DNA of 64,000 bases from an uncultured Actinomycetes bacterium (GTDB lineage Bacteria > Actinomycetota > Acidimicrobiia > IMCC26256 > JACDBD01): contig CAVTTE010000012.1 in the NCBI GenBank assembly GCA_963737605.1, positions 201,744 to 265,743 on the forward strand. Reading direction: 5' to 3'. Position numbers and translations under genes: made by a program. Below, one piece after another: positions 60,940 to 64,000 of this stretch. The notes beneath the pieces are model-generated. The model did no database searches. It was not told where the DNA came from and worked only from the letters and a program-made list of their open reading frames with translations. Each line of letters starts with the position of its first letter. The stretch's first letter is position 1.

Positions 60940-63350
60940 CCGTGTCCGCCGTTCCCGCCGTTCCCACTTGCACCGGCGGCGGCCGGGCCGCGGCCCAGGC
61001 GCCGGGACACCTCCCAGCCGCCGGCGAGTACGGCCACGCCCAGCGAAGCCGATCAGCAACGTCCCGGTGAGGACGTCGCTCGGCAGCTTGAGGTCGTAGA
61101 ACTCGCGTACCGATTCGATCGGGAACAGCAACAGGAACCCGACGATCATCAGGCCGACGAGGACGACCCTGCGCCACGTCAACGGCTGGGCGAGGATCAC
61201 GAGCACGGTCAGGCTCATCATGAGCATGACGAGCGTCGCGGCCGTCCGCTGCTCGGTGAGCGGGAGGTCGTCGAAGCGCGCCAGCGCGAATGCCGAGAAC
61301 GTGGCGACCGCCGCGACCGTCCCGGCCGGGATCGTGAAGCGGAAGACCCGGTCGACGAACCCCGGGATGTAGCGCCGCAGGTTCGGCGCCAGCGCCAGGA
61401 AGAACGACGGGATCCCGATCGTGAGCGTGTCGATGATCGTGAGGTGGCGAGGAAGGAACGGGTAGGGCCAGAAGGCGAGACCGACCGCGATGGCCAGCAG
61501 CGTCGCCCAGACCGTCTTCGTGATGAACAGGTTGGCGACGCGCTCGATGTTCGCCGTCACCCGCCGACCCTCGGCGACGACACCCGGCATCGTGGAGAAC
61601 TTGCCGTCGAGCAGCACGAGCTGCGCGACCGCGCGCGTCGCCGGCGCGCCCGATCCCATCGCGACGCCGATGTCCGCGAGCTTCAACGCCAGCGCGTCGT
61701 TGACACCGTCCCCGGTCATGGCGACGGTGTGCCCGCGCGCTTGCAGCGCCTTCACCATGTCCTGCTTCTGGTGCGGCGTCACGCGACCGAACACCGAATG
61801 CTGCTCGAGCGTCTCCCCGAGCTCGTCGAGATCCTCCGGAAGCTCCCGGGCGTCGAACGGCCGGTCGGCGTTCGGCATGCCCACGCGCGCCGCGACGGCC
61901 CCGACGGTGTGGGGGTTGTCGCCGGAGATGACGTTCAACGCCACGCCCTGCTGCGCGAAGTACGCCAGGGTCTCGGCGGCGTCGGGACGCACCTGCTCCT
62001 CGAGCAGCACGAGGGCGGCCGGGTGCATCTCCGGCGGCAGGCTCTCGCCTTCGAGCGGCGCGTCGGTCTGCGGCGAGGAGCAACACCCGTTGACCCGTGC
62101 CGGCGAAGGCTTCGGCCTTCTCCGCGACTTCGCCGTCGCGCCCGGCCCACACCAGCTCGGGCGCACCGAGCACCCACGTGCCGTGCTCGCCGAACGTCGC
62201 CGCGCTCCACTTGCGTGCCGACGAGAACGGGACGAACCCGGTGCGTCGCCAGGAGTCCGTCGTCGGGAACGCCGCCGCGATCGCGTTCAGCGTCGCGTTG
62301 CGGTCCTCGTCGGACGCGAGCGCCGCGAGCGCGGCCTCGACCGGCGCCTGATCGTCGAGCCGTTCGACGCGGTCGAACACGATGTTCCCGTCGGTGAGCG
62401 TGCCGGTCTTGTCGAAGCAGACCACGTCGACCCGGGCCAGCCCCTCGACCGCGGGCAGCTCCTGGACGAGCACCTTGCGACGAGCCAGCGTGACCGCGGC
62501 GACCCCGAAGGCGACGCTCGTCAGCAGCACGAGACCCTGGGGAACCATGCCCGACGATGCCGGCGACGGTGCCGCTGACCGCGTCGCGCCAGTCGTCGTG
62601 GGCGTTGTACTGGCTGACGAGCAGGAGCGCGGCGACGGGGAAGATCGCCCACGTGACGTAGCGCAGGATCCGGTTGATGCCGTCGATGAGCTCGGAGCGT
62701 GCGAGCGCGAAGCGGCGGGCCTCGGTGGCGAGCTTGCGGGCGTAGGCGTCGTCGCCGACGGCCGTCGCCTGGAAACGACCCGAGCCCGCGACCACGAAGC
62801 TGCCGGAGAGCACCTGGTCGCCGGTCTCCTTGTCGACCGGGTCCGACTCGCCGGTGAGCAGGGACTCGTCGACCTGGAGCGCGGTGGTCGCCCGCACGAT
62901 GCCGTCGGCGGCGATCTGGTCGCCGGAGCGGAGCTCGACGAGGTCGTCGAGCACGACATCGTCCACCGCGACCTCGCGCACCTCGCCGTCGCGCACGACG
63001 CGCACCCGTGGCTCGCTGAGCACCGCGAGCTGGTCGAGGGTGCGCTTGGCGCGCACCTCCTGGACGATGCCGATGAGCGCGTTGCTCACCAGCACGATGC
63101 CGAACAACGCGTCCTGCGGATGCCCGACGGCGAGGATCACCACGAGCAGCACGCCCAGGATGGCGTTGAAGCGCGTGAAGATGTTCGCCCGCAAGATCTC
63201 GCCGAAGGTGCGACTCGAGCGCTCGCCGCTGGCGTTCGTCTCGCCCCGTTCGACGCGCTCTCGGACCTCGGCCTCGGTGAGGCCCGTCGGCGGCGTCTCG
63301 TACGTCCGCTCGGGCGCAACGGGCTGGCCCGAACGCGGCGGGGCGGTCAC
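60917..63350 (-). CDS. Cation-translocating P-type ATPase (HAD-IC family) (at least 3 frameshifts; 3' end uncertain)
   Basis: ORF 61935..63350 (TGESDPV), ORF 60917..62959 (VPQGLVLLTS, CFDKTGTLT) and ORF 60220..62166 (MTGDGVNDALALKLADIGVAMG, C-terminal TMS). One shift sits at run 62550-62552. Confidence 0.85.
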
Positions 63351-63401
63351 GGGGGCGAAGGTAGCCGAGGGGTCATTCGCGCACGGGTTGCGACGCGGCG
63401 G

Positions 63402-64000
63402 CTAGGTGGCGTCGGGCGTGCGGACCAGCTCGATCTCGCCGGTGTCGCCGTCCTCGACGACGTGGAAGCCGGCGAGCTCGGCCAGACGATCGCGGCCGTC
63501 GTCGGGGCCGATGGCGATGAGCTCGTCGCCGGCTTCGAGACGGACGGGGCCGCGGGGCCGGTAGATGTAGCGGCCGGCGCGCCGGATCGCCAACAGGTAG
63601 GAGCCGGTCTCGAGCTCGAGATTCGCCTCGCGCAGACTGCGACCGTCGAGCTGCGATCCGGCGGCGACGGGAACGCGCGCGATGACCTCGTCGCTGTCGC
63701 CCAGTGCCAGGCCGAGTACCGGATGCATCTCCTCGCCCTGCTCGACGAGCCACACCATCTGCCGGGCGGCGTCGCCGAGCTCCTCGGCCGCGCTGCCGAG
63801 GTGCAGGAGACCACGCAACGGCGACGGGTCGATGTGCTCGGCCGCGGCGCGCAGCACCCAGACCTCGAGGCGCTCGCGCATCTCGTCGAGCCGGTCCTCG
63901 AGGTGACTGACCTCGGCGGCGAGGCTCTGGTCGTAGAACAAGAGCGCCGAGTACGCGAGCCCGACCGCGACCTCGGAGATGTTCTTCATCTCGACGAGCA
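63402..64000 (-). CDS. PhoU-like / TrkA-C (RCK_C) domain protein, partial (continues past the window end)
   Basis: ORF 63402..63989. The frame stays open to 64000 (..LVEMKNISEVAVGLAYSALLFYDQ). The C-terminal half resembles TrkA-C (DSDEVIARVPVAAGSQLDGRSLREANLELETGSYLLAIRRAGRYIYRPRGPVRLEAGDELIAIG). Confidence 0.6.
   Translation of the reverse strand, partial: LVEMKNISEVAVGLAYSALLFYDQSLAAEVSHLEDRLDEMRERLEVWVLRAAAEHIDPSPLRGLLHLGSAAEELGDAARQMVWLVEQGEEMHPVLGLALGDSDEVIARVPVAAGSQLDGRSLREANLELETGSYLLAIRRAGRYIYRPRGPVRLEAGDELIAIGPDDGRDRLAELAGFHVVEDGDTGEIELVRTPDAT

Noticed and set aside
1-64000. Frame changes as programmed ribosomal frameshifting or transcriptional slippage used genome-wide.
   Set aside because: There is no shared slippery heptamer or downstream structure at the sites I could localise. 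The sites are ordinary short G/C runs, both +1 and -1 corrections are needed, and the density is too high for a regulated mechanism. Sequencing or assembly indels are more parsimonious, though this is unproven without reads.

Overview
This is a very GC-rich chromosomal window, roughly 70% GC by eye. Its gene content points to an actinobacterium: the mycothiol S-conjugate amidase mca, two LLM-class (F420-type) oxidoreductases, an MMPL transporter, a WS/DGAT wax-ester/TAG synthase, a DUF222-HNH (13E12-like) gene, a DinB-family protein, and many 4-nt start/stop overlaps.

I can support about 70 protein-coding genes. I saw no rRNA, tRNA, CRISPR array, transposase or prophage. The genes are mostly housekeeping and lipid/acyl-CoA metabolism:
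- Core and acyl-CoA functions: gltB (5' end), purK, coaA, etfBA, two acyl-CoA dehydrogenases, a family III CoA-transferase, a carboxyltransferase, a P450, SDR, AKR, and SCP2.
- Transporters: ClC, MMPL, MFS, CorA, and a P-type ATPase.
- Regulators: an ECF sigma factor, MarR, TetR, and a class III cyclase.

The dominant technical feature is that well over half of the genes can only be read by hopping between frames. By manual frame tracking I count roughly 90 single-base frame changes. Several sit at short homopolymers. No obvious in-frame stops or other decay accompany them. Long neighbouring genes are completely intact. I therefore give merged gene coordinates, flag the disruption, and treat most of it as probable indel error. 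Merged boundaries and frameshift positions are approximate.

The observations most worth a second look are:
- a Trp-rich protein built of 22-residue repeats on a 132-bp DNA tandem repeat (54.8-55.9 kb);
- an 18-bp palindrome, CTTGACCn-NN-nGGTCAAG, found 11-21 nt upstream of three genes, two of them acyl-CoA dehydrogenases;
- a perfect 20-bp palindrome covering the start codon of a four-gene operon (nucleosidase, LLM oxidoreductase, ChbG/HpnK-like deacetylase, GNAT);
- a translationally coupled MMPL-TetR-carotenoid cleavage dioxygenase operon with an AT-rich palindrome upstream;
- a MarR/ClC divergent pair with an operator-like palindrome;
- a near-consensus sigma70-type promoter in front of the DUF222-HNH gene;
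- an ECF sigma factor coupled to a PhyH-family dioxygenase rather than a membrane anti-sigma factor.

No recognisable defence or mobile system was found.
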